In this document: positions 47,673 to 61,182 of the stretch, piece by piece
How the letters are laid out: the number at the start of each line of letters is the position of its first letter
How positions within the stretch are numbered: the stretch's first letter is position 1
Origin: Fistulifera solaris
Taxonomy: Eukaryota
Assembly (NCBI GenBank): GCA_030295235.1
Contig: AP026164.1
Location: 1,426,001-1,490,000, forward strand
Length of the DNA stretch: 64,000 nt
Reading direction: 5' to 3'
Notes under the pieces: model-generated
The model's database searches: none
Told to the model about the DNA's origin: nothing
What the model saw: only the letters and a program-made list of their open reading frames with translations
Position numbers and translations under genes: made by a program

Positions 47673-49894
47673 TTAGAACCAAGTAGAGTGTCTATCAATC
47701 ATCCCGCTGATTTTTGGAAGAAATTGGTGTTTGCGGGAACCTGACGAGCTACCCTTTTCCTTGGCTAACATTGAATCGAGTCGCTCCAAGATGTTCCTGA
47801 ATTTAGGCCGATTGTGCATGTCAGCGTCCCAGCATTCTGTCATTAACGTAGTGAGCTCCTGAGGCCATTTTCGACTCAGAGCTGGTCGCTCCCTCCATGG
47901 ACTATTCGCTCGTAGAAGGACTCTCTGTTGAGCCCATCGAATGGTTTCTTACCAGAGTTTAATTCCCAGAAAATGATACCAAAGGAATAGACATCTGCGC
48001 TGGAGTTATATGGTAGCCCATCCGCAACTTCAGGTGCCATGTATCTCAGACTTCCAGTTTCGCCACTCATTTGGTACACAGTGTCGCAATCAACATTTGC
48101 ATTCTCAATGATTCGAGCCAATCCGAAATCGAGCAATTTGACACTACCGTCCAACGTAAATCCTATGTTGTCTTTCCGGAATTCAAATAAAAGCAAAATG
48201 AAGGGGTCGGGGAATGTGAGTTGACACGAATGAACGTCGGAGTGAAATGAATAGAAGCTTTCACCTACCAGGCTTTAAGTCTCGGTGCAGAACGACACAT
48301 CCTGGAACAGCTGATTCGTGGCAATACCTCATTCCCTCAGCAATGGATCGTGCGATTCGCAGTACGTCAACAAATGGAAACTGCTTTTTTCGCCAGAATC
48401 GCCGTCTTCGGTCCCGAATGCGTGTGTCATATCCAAGCATTTGCGCCAACGTGCCACCGTCCAGCCGCTCTAAAACAATAAATCGAACTCCTCTTGTAGT
48501 TGTTCCTGCACCAAGCAAGTCCACTATATTAGGATGCTGCAGTCTCGAGTGAATGTCTAACTCACCCTCCATCTCGTTGATGGCCACAACGACATCTTGA
48601 CACTCCGGCTTGAGCGTTTTGACGACTACAGGCTTATCCCTAAAAACAGCGGTGTGAATCCAGCTGTTACCGCCATCCGTAAGATACTCGACATTCTGCA
48701 ATTGACGCCACTGCAGATTCAGTTCAGCGCCGGTTACGGAAAATTTGTCCACTCTTTGATGACGAATCGATATACCCGCACCTGCGTTTGGAACGTGCTC
48801 CGATTTTGACTGTATATTCGACCCGGCCACTACGCCGCGATTTGTTCGTTCCTCACTACTAGGGAGCGCCCCAACTACATCGCGGCTTGTCAGCCCCTCT
48901 ATGTGTAACGAATTGACTGCTGCTACCCCTGCTGAGAGAGACATGTGAACGAGAAACTCGACGGATGTGGGCCGAACAACCATTCTGATTCGCAAGTAAA
49001 AAGAAGAGCAAAATGGTAATAGCGAAGTACAGCAGTGAGACACAAAAGATAGATCATTCTTCATTCGGAAGCGGGCACTTACTTTCGTATGCTAAAAAAG
49101 ATGACCGTAATATTCGTGTTGCTGGCATCATGACAAACAGGAACAGCTACGGCCGTCCTCACATTACTAATGGAAGCCCTCAAAGCTTGTGCCTCCCTAG
49201 GTGTTTGTGATGTCACCCATACTACGTCCCCGGCTTCCTTGGCGCGTTTGCACAAGGCAGGACTGAGTCGATGGGTGCGCTCCGAACTTTGTTGCCCATA
49301 ATACACGTCCACCAAATCGTTTCGTACCGAATCTTCCAGAGCGGTGGGACGAAGGTGTGAATTTGTTAATTGATGCGTTTTGGGTCCCGTTCGTAGCCAT
49401 ATTTCGGCAATGTCGAATCCACAAACCTCACAGCAAGCCGCTAGTACAGCCTCCACCGCTGCAGACGGTTGACACAGAATTCTATCCTGATACAACGATT
49501 GCTTTGCCGCTAGTGCGGTCAACGCTATAGATGGTTTCGGAACAAAAGCAGAATCTCCTTCTGTATTCTGTTGCTGTTGTTGCTGCTGCTCTTGCAAAAG
49601 AGCGAATTGCGTAGCCAAAGAACCGTCGGTAGATCCAAGTGTCCAAGGGGTATTCATTGGTTGTTGCTGCTGCGCTTGGTAGAGTGCTTGATGCTCTGGC
49701 CTGGATGCTAGTCCGTCCATGACACTATTGGTGGATGCTGTAGAGACGGAGGAACCCGTTATTGCCTCTCGCGCTTGTATAAGTTGTGTCGGCGGCGGTC
49801 TCATGATGTGCTGTGCAGAAGAAGTAGTAGCTTCTGCTGCTTCTCCGTTGGACGCCTGCATTTGTGAAAGAGCAGCAGTCATCGCTGGTTGCAT
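47673..49894 (-). CDS. TKL-type protein kinase with N-terminal GAF-like domain; introns near 48987-49082 and 48172-48268
   Basis: VVVKTLK, HRDLKP, DFGLAR, GSLRYMAPE, DVYSFG. The N-terminal region FDIAEIW..VVWV..TAVAVPV..VIFFS resembles a GAF fold. Confidence 0.85.
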
Positions 49895-50980
49895 TGCTCA
49901 AATTATCGAAAAACGTAAATTGGTTTCAATAGTGGTGTCAAAATCGAATCTCGAGGATTCGATGACTTAAGTATGGTGCGAATGCTGACAGCGCGTCTCG
50001 AGCGTTGCACCACCGGAATGCAAAACAGAAATGCCAATGCACTCTACAGGAAGCCTTGTCGAAGGAGTGGATTGCAGTATCACCCTTCGCGACTCTCAAG
50101 TAGGTGGTTGTCAAGTCAATAATGAGTCGTCGGCAGCAACAAGCGTCCTTCTGTTGATCTGCAAAATTGAAGCGAGTTGAAATTGGAGGTTATGGCGTTA
50201 TGGTGTGGTGGCAGGGTGGAAGGAGGAGGCTGATTTTTCGAGGAGTGTCTTGCGAATACCGGATGACAGGCACAAGTACTCTGCACGTAACAGTACGTTG
50301 GCGTTGACTCTCTTGGCTGTCGCGGGGCGTTGTGCTTCCGTTAAAACTCTCGAATGAAAAAGACGAAATAATACGAAATGCACGGAAACTTACCAAGGTA
50401 CATCTCTGCATGAATTGTTGATTGAAACCGAATACTAAAAAAAAACAATAACTTTACCTCCACTTCATTTGCGGTTCACGTCTCGTTTTTCAACGTCGAG
50501 AATCTTTGTGGATAGTTGCATCCCTGTTTACTCTAAACGAAAGTGTAAGCACCCTTTTATCACGACTGCATTTCAGTCACGAATATGTAATTTTCCGAGC
50601 CAGGCTGCCAATGAAGCCCGATTCGTTCTGCTAGCAGGTAGTCTAGTAAGCTCCATTTGCGATTCACATTAAGCAATTGGCGATACGCGCCTGGACTATC
50701 TTACGAGAGGGATGGAGTTGCGTGTTTCGCCTCCAAAGATTACACGCCGTTACCATTGGCGACGGATGGACGTACGGAACACAGAACACGATTGATGATG
50801 ATGATTCACTTTTTCACCGTCACCATCGCGCTGCAAACGAGTGAATGCTCTCCATCCAAAAAAAAACATTCTTCCGATGCAGCCACAACATTCGCGACGA
50901 ACATTGCATTTCCAAGGATCGCATTGCGTTTCCGCTTCTATCATTGTACATTTACGGCAACTATCATTTTCAACTACACA

Positions 50981-53020
50981 ATGACGACGAAGTATCTTTC
51001 TTGCAGAAAACGACCGCTGGGTAGATTTTCTCGAGCCATTCTTCTTCTGTTTTGCTTTACTGCCGAAGCATTCCTATTTGGTCAGCGGCAATACTACAAT
51101 GGGATTCAGCTCCGCCCTTTGCCTTTTGTCAGCGTTCCAATTAGGTTCTATTCGAAGATGGAGGACAACCAAGAGGACGAAGAAGATTTCGTAGAAGCCG
51201 TTCTGCCCTCCAACGAGCTTCCACTTTCTCCGTCCGAAGTCGAAAGCCTGACCGTTTCTGCACTGAAACAACAACTTCGCCTTCGAGGATTGAAAGTTAC
51301 TGGCCGAAAATCTGATTTAGTCGAACGGCTTCTCCAGGCAACGGGTTCTCCTATTGGTGACGAGGTGCGAAACAAAGACAAGGAATTTGTGGATGTTTCA
51401 GCATTTCTGGACGAGGAAGATGTTGGTAAATACGTCAAAACAATATCCGGTGGACAGGATGTTGAAGAGGAGGACAATCCCGTATCGGCTTCTGAGCCAG
51501 AAGTATGGGGGACACAAGCACGAATTGTTGAAGACTACGAAGGTCGGCGGATTGTCGTTGACAGCCTAACCGAAAATGTGGTCGAATTCATTGGCTCCAA
51601 TCAATCCTACCAACTTGCATATGTGGTTGCGACCAGGGATGCATTGAAACCATTTTGGCGGGAGGAGCTAATAGTAATCAAACGAAACTATCGTCCGAAG
51701 AAAAGCTCCGGCAAATACAGACAGACCGCGAGAAAGCTGCGCGACGACCTGTCTCTTTTGACGACATGGCTGGCCTTGATGAGGGCGATGAAACAGGTAT
51801 TTTGAAAATATATTACAACGCGATTACAGTGACTGGGGCAAATACACTCCAACAGGAGCACAGATCTCCGCGTCTGAAGTAGCTGGTGTACTGCTACTGA
51901 GCGACGTTTACGGTGCCTTCACTGAAGATACGAAAACTCTAGCGGCAAAGATTGCTTTTGAATGTCAACCCATCGTGGTCATGGTACCTGATTTATTCAA
52001 TGGAAACCCATGGACTGGACCAATAGGCGGGACAAACAATAATGGACAATCTTACGAAGAATGGCGGGCTACACATTCTGATTTACAGGTTAGCATTAAT
52101 ATTCGTGCAGCAGCTGCTTGTCTGCGGGAGCGATATGGCGTTAGTTCTGTTGTACTATGGGGCACCTGCTATGGTGGCGGCCGCGCGCTCGAAGCAGCGG
52201 TTGGTTGGTTGCCCAACGGTATGATACACGACATCGACGGTAGGCTTGGTCCTCCCCCAGTAGAACCCATGGCAGTCGTTGCATGGTATCCAACTAGATA
52301 CGATGCTCGAGCCCTGTTTGGTGCTAAAGACCAAAGGAAGGGCGCAGATACATCGCTTCCTTTGGCAAAAAAAGCACCAAATGGCAGTAATGGGTGTTTT
52401 TGCAGATAATGACAATCTACCTGGGGCGTCCCCTGAAGATGCCGAACTACTCCGCAGCCTTCTTTCAGTTGATGAAAGAATTAAAGATCATATGGTCAAA
52501 GTCTTTCCAGGACAAGAACACGGCTTTGCTCATATTGGGATAAGTGAATCAGAGAGACTGGATGAGAGCGACCGCTTTGTAGAGGATGAATTTGGGGGGT
52601 CGCCTAAAATGTCTTTTTGGTGATCGAGGCGACGCTGAAGTTGCATGTCTGCTTTCAACAGCATTTATGGAGACGTACAGCCGTGTTTTCTTACCCACGG
52701 TTGGTCCTCCAATAAGTCTCGATGACCAGGAATCGAATTGGGGAAGAAAGATTGCATTCGATTCGGATCTCGTTCAGATAGCCAGAGAACGTGATATTCG
52801 GTCCGAACTACAATTTCAGGCGGAAAATTTTGTCGAGGAGCCCCTTGGGGGTATTCGTGTCGATCCCACAGACGATTCTCAAGAGGCTGAGCTGGCAAAA
52901 CTGTTGGCTGCGATGCAGAGTCCTGATATCAAGGACGGACCATTAAAAATTGAACCTGATGATGATCTGCCAACAATTTACGCCAAGCTGGCTAGTTCTG
53001 ACGATTTTGAAATCTTTTAA
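50981..53020 (+). CDS. SAP-domain + dienelactone-hydrolase-like (alpha/beta hydrolase) protein, probably plastid-targeted; several frameshifts
   Basis: Signal AEA-F; SAP LTVSALKQQLRLRGLKVTGRKSDLVERL; VPDLF, GTCYGG and FPGQEHGF. Confidence 0.75.
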
Positions 53021-53064
53021 AGCTTGTTATTTTTTAAGCAAAAGGCATGATCGGACTAAAGATT

Positions 53065-55606
53065 CTAGGGACCAATATTTGCGGAGACCAGAACTGTAAG
53101 TTGATTTATACACACAGGGCTGAGATCGGGAACTTGAGATGGACTTGATGTAGCAGCCATCATGATCTGCTGCCTTATTGCATTATTAGTCAGCATCAGA
53201 GAAAAATAAGGATCCGCCGGAGATGTTATAGCACGTGCAAGCTTCAGACATTGGATAGCGCCGTTCCCACTCATTGATGGCAGAAGTTTCCGTAAGAAAC
53301 ATGCTTGCTGGCAAAAGTGAGTATTTTGAAGATCTTCGTGCAAACTCTTTGACTTTGCTGTCTGCATTGTCTCTCGACTGACAATAATGCTGGCGAGAGA
53401 CTCTGGAAGTGATGAAGTTGTAGAAGTCTTGAAAATTACTCTCGTCGGCGGTTGTCCACCATGTTGAAAGACTGCGTTCTGTAATCTACATATGCCCAGA
53501 GATACATTTGGAGTTGTTGCGATGTCATAGATAAGCAACACGTAGATGTAGACATAACGGTCCAAGGCGACGAGCTCGGCCAAAGCCACCACGATATCTC
53601 TGGCAGCAGTCTCGTCGTCCAGCACGGATGTGCAAATCAGTAGCAGCGCTCCTCTGTCCGCTAACTCCAAATCAACACCGCAACCGTCAAGCAGAGGCGA
53701 ATCAATGAAGCGAATATCTCTCAAGCATGAAAGCGATTGACCTGAATGACATTGATGCCATTTGTTAGCAGTAACAGCACAAACAAGATCACCCCATGTT
53801 TCGAGGAAACTCTCCGTGCACAAGACATGTATCGGATCTGGACTGGGAACACCATTGATGCTAACAAAGTTCTTCTGAGCGGCAGGATGGCTGGTAGCGA
53901 CATTCATTGGTTGCCAACCAAATATTTCGTTTTGGCTGTTAATGGTTGACCCTTCTTCTTTGCTTGTGGAACTGATACCATGCATCAGTGGTCGATGTAG
54001 TTCGCCGTGCTTTGCAACGCCAGATCTGAATGGCAATGCCGAGGACCTGGGCTTTGTTGCCGTGCGTTCAATGGGTTCTTCGCGCAAGAAAGCTTGTTGA
54101 CAACAAGACAGAGGAGCTTCTTTCCATTGCTCGACCGTGCTATTGCTGGGCCGCTCTTGTTCCCTCGATGAGACTCGTGTCTTTCCAGAAATGAGGACGT
54201 TAGAGGATTGTTTTGTATCGAATGGCAAACGAAGACTCTGTGGACGGCTGACGTGAGTGTCGGAGCATTTTTCTGGAATCATCTGCTGACAAGGCTTCTT
54301 TAAGCTTTCACCACGTTGAATTCCGGTTTCAGATTCAATAAACTCATCAATTCTCTGTCGCTTTCTATTAGACTCATAGAGTAAGATGTCACGCTCCCCG
54401 CTTTCTATGCACTCGATACTTAAGGTCTCTGCAGCCAAAGCCATTGTGCGCTCACGTGATATTTCACTAACAGTCCGCTCAAGGAGCCTCTTACTCTGCG
54501 CCTGTTCGGCGACTTCTCGTTCGACGCGCTTCTCCTGCTTTTCTCGTGCTTTCTCGAGTTTACGGTCACGGCGCTTTCGTTTTTCTTCCTTCCTTTTCCT
54601 CTTCTGAGCCTTAGTCTCAATGTCGTTATTGTACGCGTCGTGCCTGCAAGTAGGACCAGTAGCTCTGTCAGATATCTCGTGATAAAGTTCAGAGACTGAT
54701 TCAGTTTCGGCTGATCGAGAAGCTTGTATTTCTTCTCCGACATGCGCAAAGCTAACAAGGTTGCGTGCCGTCGCGAAGACGAGAGCATCACGTTCCTGCT
54801 GTTGCTTTAATGGGCGACGCACACCTTCTTGGTTCTGGTTGGAGCATGTTTCGTGATACGGTCTCTTTCGATTAAAAAGGTTACTATTATTCGCTGCTTT
54901 TGCGGCGAGATTGATGGCAAATAGCATCACTTCGGTGTCTGGGAGACCCAACTGAGGCGGGTCGATCGCATGTGCGCCCTGTCGTGGGATTTTTTCGTCT
55001 ACATGCTGGTACCTGTACGGTACAATTGCACGACAAGACACCTCCGATCGCGTATCTGGTTCTTGTTCACCATGTAATCCCTCTTCATCAACGTAGAATG
55101 GCTCCATTGTTTCTGTCGATGAATCCGGTTCCAGCTGTAAAGTGCTGGGATCGAATTGTGTCGGGAACGAAGTACGCTGTTCTAGATCACCCCAAGGGCA
55201 GCTCGCGATCCGCTTAGTTATAGCTACTGATGCAATTTTATCCATAAAGTTTTTGAACTGTAGCTCTGCCATCCCTTTCTTGGCCGTTTCTTGAATGCAT
55301 ACACGCTGAAGAGGGAGGCAGACTGATTGCTCAGAGAGACCATCCACTGTCTTCTCACAATGACAAAGTTGAGAATATATCAGCCAGCAGTAGTAGCTTT
55401 ATCAATAACAATAAATCACATACCTGACTACCCGGCTTCTTCGCTTTGGCTGCACCTACTGGGGTTGTCGATGTTGGCTCGAAGTTTTCATGACCGCTGA
55501 CCTGACTTGCTTGGCGAATGAAAAGGACGTCCCGAGTTTTGCGTGTACTCTCCACGTGCGCCGAGGCTTCCAGTTGATAATCAAAATTGAACGCACGGAA
55601 TTTCAT
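53065..55606 (-). CDS. Large protein, candidate SHOC1/Zip2-like with XPF/ERCC4-like C-terminus; intron 55351-55423
   Basis: A GT-AG intron joins ORF 55355-55606 to the 760-aa ORF in frame. The product call is an inference from remembered family features. Confidence 0.4.
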
Positions 55607-56093
55607 GATGTAATCTTTTATTATTCGAACAAGAACTTTTTCTTGGATTGATGAGCCGGCAATGCTCGTTTTGTGTTCTGTCTAACTTCGCAAAACGAAA
55701 CAATAAAAAAATTGTTGCCATCGTCTGCTTGTCTACCGTAAACACCATTGATGACGTCAAAGAGATTAAAACTCTCAAACAAACCATCAACAGAAATAGC
55801 ATTAACTCTCAACTTCAAATCTCATTTATGTGATTGAGTTACATTGAACATACCTAGAGTTAATACAGTGCCAAGAGCAAAATGTTTCATGGAAAATGAC
55901 AAGTTTGTTGAACCGTTTCCGGGACTGAATATAAGTTGAGTCTCAACAAGTCACGTCCACAATTTACAGAGTACGTAGTATATGATAGTTTGTAGCATAT
56001 CGTAGCGGTTTTACTATCGAAACGCTTTAGGTTTTCTCACTGCGGAAGGCTACCGCAGGTAGATGATGATTCATTTGTTGGAATAATGACACG

Positions 56094-57519
56094 ATGAACC
56101 TTCCATTTTTGATAGCATGTCTATTCATTATTGTTCGGCAAACACTATCGTTTCGCTCTTCTCAAGCTTCTGTCCGAACTCTATGTCGTAGAGGAGCAGC
56201 GGGTAGGCCGCTGGACTATGCGACAGGATGGCCGCAAAAGTTCCCCGCGAAAGATCATTGCTCGCGGTGTGGTTTGTGTGAAACAACTTTTGTTTCACGC
56301 GTCAAAGATGCCTGTGCGCTATTGCCTGAGACTGGTATGAGTCGAATGCACGATTTGGAAGTCAAAGTACACGGTCGTAGCCGGAATACGCACCATGCAA
56401 TGGACACAGCCGACGAAGGTCGATTTGGTGTTTTGCACGAGGAAATAAAACTGGTAAAGGGCGTCGAAATGAAAGACTCTCAGTGGACTGGAGTAGTAAC
56501 ATCGATAGCTCTTTCGATGTTGGAAGCAAGGAAAGTTGACGCTGTGGTCTGTATTGCTGGAGAACATGGCAGTTGGGCTACTCCCGAAGCGATTGTAGCA
56601 AAATCTGGGGAACAAATATTGCGTGGACGAGGTGTAAAACCTTGTTTGGCTCCCAGTTTGAAAATCCTCGACGAGATCAAACAAGATCGGTCTATTCGCA
56701 AGTTGCTTTTTTTGTGGAGTAGGATGCTCCGTTCAAGCTTTTCGAGCTATTCAAGATGATCTTGGTCTTGACGAAGTCTACGTGCTGGGAACAAACTGTG
56801 TCGACAACAGCCCGACTCCCAAAGCTGCTGAAAATTTTGTTCGGGTGGGACTTGGTTTGAAAGATATTGAAGAAGTGAAGGGTTATGAATTCATGCAGGA
56901 CTTTCGCGTTCACGCCAAGACTGGCGACGGATACTTGACGAAGCCGTACTTTTGCTTACCGGGAGTGCTTGCCCAGCCATCCATTGCAACATCCTGTTTA
57001 GCGTGTTTCGATTATACAAATGGGCTAGCCGATGCTGTGGTTGGTTACATGGGAGCACCACTGGACGCCGGAAGGCGTATGGACGAATCCTTTCAAACTT
57101 TAACGATAAGGAATCAGAGAGGAACAGAAATGATTGAGACAGCTAGAAAACGTGGCCGACTATCAATTGGATCGACAGCGACGGGTAAAGGGAGTTTTGA
57201 AGACTTTGCTATGTCCACGTTGAAGTCAGATGCTATTGTACAGTCGATGATAGGAGGTTCAATTATGGAAAAGGGATTGCCCGACTTGCTTGGTACAATG
57301 CTTGCGTCCATATTGCATAGAATTGGCCCAACGGGCTTAAACTTTGCGAGGTATAGTATCGACTACCATATCCTACGAAACTACCTGCATGTTGTTGACG
57401 AATGGGGAGAAACTTCCGCCAAGAATATAGTCCCTGTATATGCTCAGAAGATCGTCAAGAAGTATCTCGAGATAGATTCCATGATAACACTTTTGTCACA
57501 AATCCTTAAGAAAAAATGA
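56094..57519 (+). CDS. HCAR / BciB (FrhB-family) ferredoxin-dependent chlorophyll reductase homolog; frameshift at poly-T near 56710
   Basis: PAKDHCSRCGLC, QWTGVVTSIA..ML, LGTNCVDN, YEFMQDFRVH, SCLACFDYTN..AD.VVGYMG, YSIDYH. Confidence 0.88.
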
Positions 57520-57894
57520 ATATAGTAGCCGTATTTCTAGATCCCTGCTAAACTAGTTAAGCAGAGATCCTTCTGTGATTTCCTTAAATGTTCCAGTTGC
57601 ACCCCTCATGTCTTAATTCGTAGTATAGCAGTAACGCGTAGAATAAGTGCGGTCTGGATCCGGGTGGGTAAATTGAAACAGAAGAACGCCACGGCTACGA
57701 AGAAAGAAGACGACAGAGTGTACGTAGGGCTCAGATACCGGGAAGTTGATTTGAGCTGAAATAAGAGACAAGCCACGTCTGCAACTTTCGGTCGAACGGA
57801 GAACCAAGGTCTTGTTAAAGTTGCTTACCACTTTCGATCAAGATAACGTATTCAAAGTCATGATTTATTCGCTTTATAGATTATCTGTTCTTTT

Positions 57895-60444
57895 CTAGCT
57901 TTTCTGCCCCGCCAAGAGCTGACTAACGATATCTCTGGTATACTTTAGACGCTTCTCAATTTCGGACGACGTTCCAACAAGATCATCCGTTAAGCAATAC
58001 GTGGCTCGAACTCGATTTTTGTCCACATAAGTTACGAAACGAGTGTCGGGAGTCAACAGGACTTCGGTTTGATCATAGAAGACAACTTGAATTGTCTGGT
58101 CGCTGAGGCGAAACAAAATTGCGTGCTTCGTCTGAACCCATTTCTTGACGTAAACCAAATCGCCGTCGACGGTCTTGGCACTTCCGAAGAACAGAGGTAC
58201 TTTGTCGTGATGTTCTTCAGCAGCTTTCTTCTGCTGGTCGATCAAATAATTGCGGAAATGGGTCAACAGGGTAACCTTTTTCTTCAAAAACTCTGGGTAG
58301 GATACTAGAGTGTACGTGTCAATCGTTGTCTCAGGACGACGACTTGTGGAGGCGTTCTTTTCATCTCTTTTACGCTCGATGTATTGAAAGCAGTCTCCTT
58401 CGGATTCTAAAGCAGTTTTCGTTGAATCATTGAAATAAACGCCCGATCCACCGTCGTTGAGCAGGAACCCTAAGCCATATTTGCTCGTGTAATCAACGTA
58501 TCGAATAACCCATTTTCGCGGCCCGTTTTGAGAAGAGCCTGGTTGAGGCGAGTGTGCTCGATAGCTACCTTTGCGCGAGTTAGCGATCGCTAGAACAGTG
58601 TCAAGCTGGTCGACCATATTGCGAACAACATCAAAATCATTATCAGCCGACATAACACGATTTTCAGGGCTTTTGGGAGACACGCTGGGTGCTTTTGACA
58701 TTTGAATGGCCGGGGAGGCAATAGAGAGACTTGCGGTTCGAGTGACCAAGACATCATCAGAAGTTGCCTCTGCACAAGGCTTTGGAGATGCAACAATTTT
58801 TGGCTTTGGCTCGCTCGGCTCTGATTCATCGTATATCTGGAATTCGGAGGGGACGGCGGCTTTCTTGCTTGACATCCCTTTAGTGGGCACAAACATTGTG
58901 TTCAAATTGCGATTCGAATCTCCTTCGCGATCTCCCTTCGAGGGTTTGACGGAAGATGTCGTGCTTTTTGGCATATTCGGATGGCGAGCGCCGAAAGGAT
59001 GCCGGGAAGTGAAGCGAGGTAGAGACGATTTGCTGGATGTAGCAGATACAGCATCACCCTCACAGACCAAAAAACCGAATTCATTTTCTTGCCAAACGGG
59101 CACCCGATGAAGAAGATTGGACGGAAGGTACTGAGGAAGCGGACTATCATTGAGGAAAGGATGTGCCATGATGGTCTCCAAGGAAGGCCTATCTTTGGGG
59201 TCACTTTGCAGTATGCAACGAATCAGATCTTTAACCCTTTCAGAGAGCTCCAACGCACCCGGGAAGCTATATTCATTTGCCAAAATACGCTGATAGGTTG
59301 CTTTCACGTCCTTGGCTTCGTAAGGAGGTTTCCCAACCAGCATTGTGTACAAAATGACTCCAATTGACCAAACGTCGACCTCAAAAGAGTGGCCGCGTTT
59401 CGACTTATCGCCCTGAATGATTTCGGGTGCTATGTAGTTGGGAGTGCCACAAATAGTCTTTCGCTTTTCATCGCCGTCCTCTACTCGAGTCGCCAGACCG
59501 AAATCGCCAACCTTAAGTTCCATGTCTCGGTCAAGGAAAAGATTTCCCAGTTTGAGATCACGGTGGATCACAGAGTTATCATGCATGAACTTAACGGAAT
59601 CGAGAAGATGATTCAAAAAATATGCGGCTTCAGGTTCCGTTAATCGTTTCCGTCGCTTAATCATTTCGTTTAGACTTTGGTTGTGGCAAAGCTCCAGCAA
59701 AATGTAACAGTTACTGCGGTCCTCAAAGTAGTGCTTGTATTGGCAAATGTGTCGATGTTTGAGGGTGCGATGAATTTTGATCTCTGTTTGTAGCTGAATA
59801 AACGAAGTCACGTCAGCGTTGTCGGGAAATTAGATTGAATATTGCTCAAATCGGAAACATACCTTTTGGCGGGCTCGTGCTTTGACAAGATTTGATTTCG
59901 CCACAACTTTAACTGCGTATTGCTTTCCAGTATCCATTGCTGTGCACAAGTAAACTTTGGCAAATCCCCCTTTGCCGAGCATGCGACCACGAAGATATTG
60001 ATGTATGGTGTGACCGTCACCATCTGGGCATCTCCGTTTTTCTTCAATCATGATATCCTGACTACCGTCATCGGAGCTCGCTGTCCGAGAAGAAGCTGTC
60101 TTTTCCGATGCGCGAAGGAGGGAGGATGAAACCGTATTGCGAAATCCAGAGCCCGTATCGTTTCGTGCGTCGACAGTGCTTCGAGTACCACGTGACGACA
60201 CATCTCCTTGAGATATTACGAGCGGATAGGCTTGTGAAGATGACGAATACTCTTCTGCGTTAGAAGACGCTGATGTATATATTCCTGACATCACCATCCC
60301 GTGGTTTTGGGGGTTGCTTCGGTTCTGACTGGAAGCGTTTACCATCGATCGGCCACCGTAAACTGTCTGGGGAAATTTGTTCGAATCCGATCGAGAATCG
60401 CGAAAAGGCGGAATGGTATCGATTATCTCCAGTGCTGTCGACAT
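57895..60444 (-). CDS. PLK1: Polo-like kinase; intron 59794-59862
   Basis: LGKGGFAKV, HRDLKLGNLFL, ICGTPNYIAPE, and polo boxes WVIRYVDYTSKYGLGF and LFRLSDQTIQVVFYD. Confidence 0.95.
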
Positions 60445-61182
60445 GTTGGAGTGAACTGAGGCTTATCAATATGTTTGAAGCAAGAAATAACTTTGACGGC
60501 AAGATACGACAACAAACAAGAGCGAAAAATCACCAGTAGTGCCTGATGCGATGCGGTCAAATCGTATAACAAACTGCCCAAGTATGATGTTTGCTTTTCA
60601 ATGTCAAGACCGAAAAGAGATAGTAAGAAAGTGACTATAACGAATTCTAAACACCTCGCTTTGGTCGAAGATAGGCATAAAAAGGCATAACCATGTGAGA
60701 TTTGGAACCGGACAACGAACAAAAGTCAAGCTGGCGCGAAAATGGAAATTCAAACGAACCGGTACCAAATTACCGTATCTGCGCTTATCATTTTTATAAT
60801 ATGCCGCATACAAACATTCAGGTAGACAACCATGAGCAATAAGTAAGACGTTTACATCTGTGGTGAAAAACATCATTCAAAGCCCAACACAGTTCTTGAG
60901 AACAGCCTGCGCGCCGCGCGGTGCCGCGCCGCGCGGTGGGAAGATGGGTAGGACCGAAAGGCGGGGATGACTACTGAATCACTAATAACCAATCCGACGT
61001 CATCCGCGACGTCCGCGGCACGTTCATTATTGTGCTTGAAATTGAGCGACATTCTTTTGTCTTTATTAACTGTTGATTTGGTTGTAACTATACCATTAAT
61101 TTTTCTTATAACATCAGCTCCCTCTTCACATTGCCCCCCTCTTCACATTGCCTACTGAAGAGTGAAGAATACACTGCGCATT

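Noticed and set aside
612..57519. Widespread pseudogenisation or programmed frameshifting
   Set aside because: Single-base shifts hit many unrelated conserved genes (TBCE, VPS13, FKBP, HCAR-like), and those I checked fall at homopolymers. Uncorrected long-read error is the simplest explanation; short-read polishing would test it.
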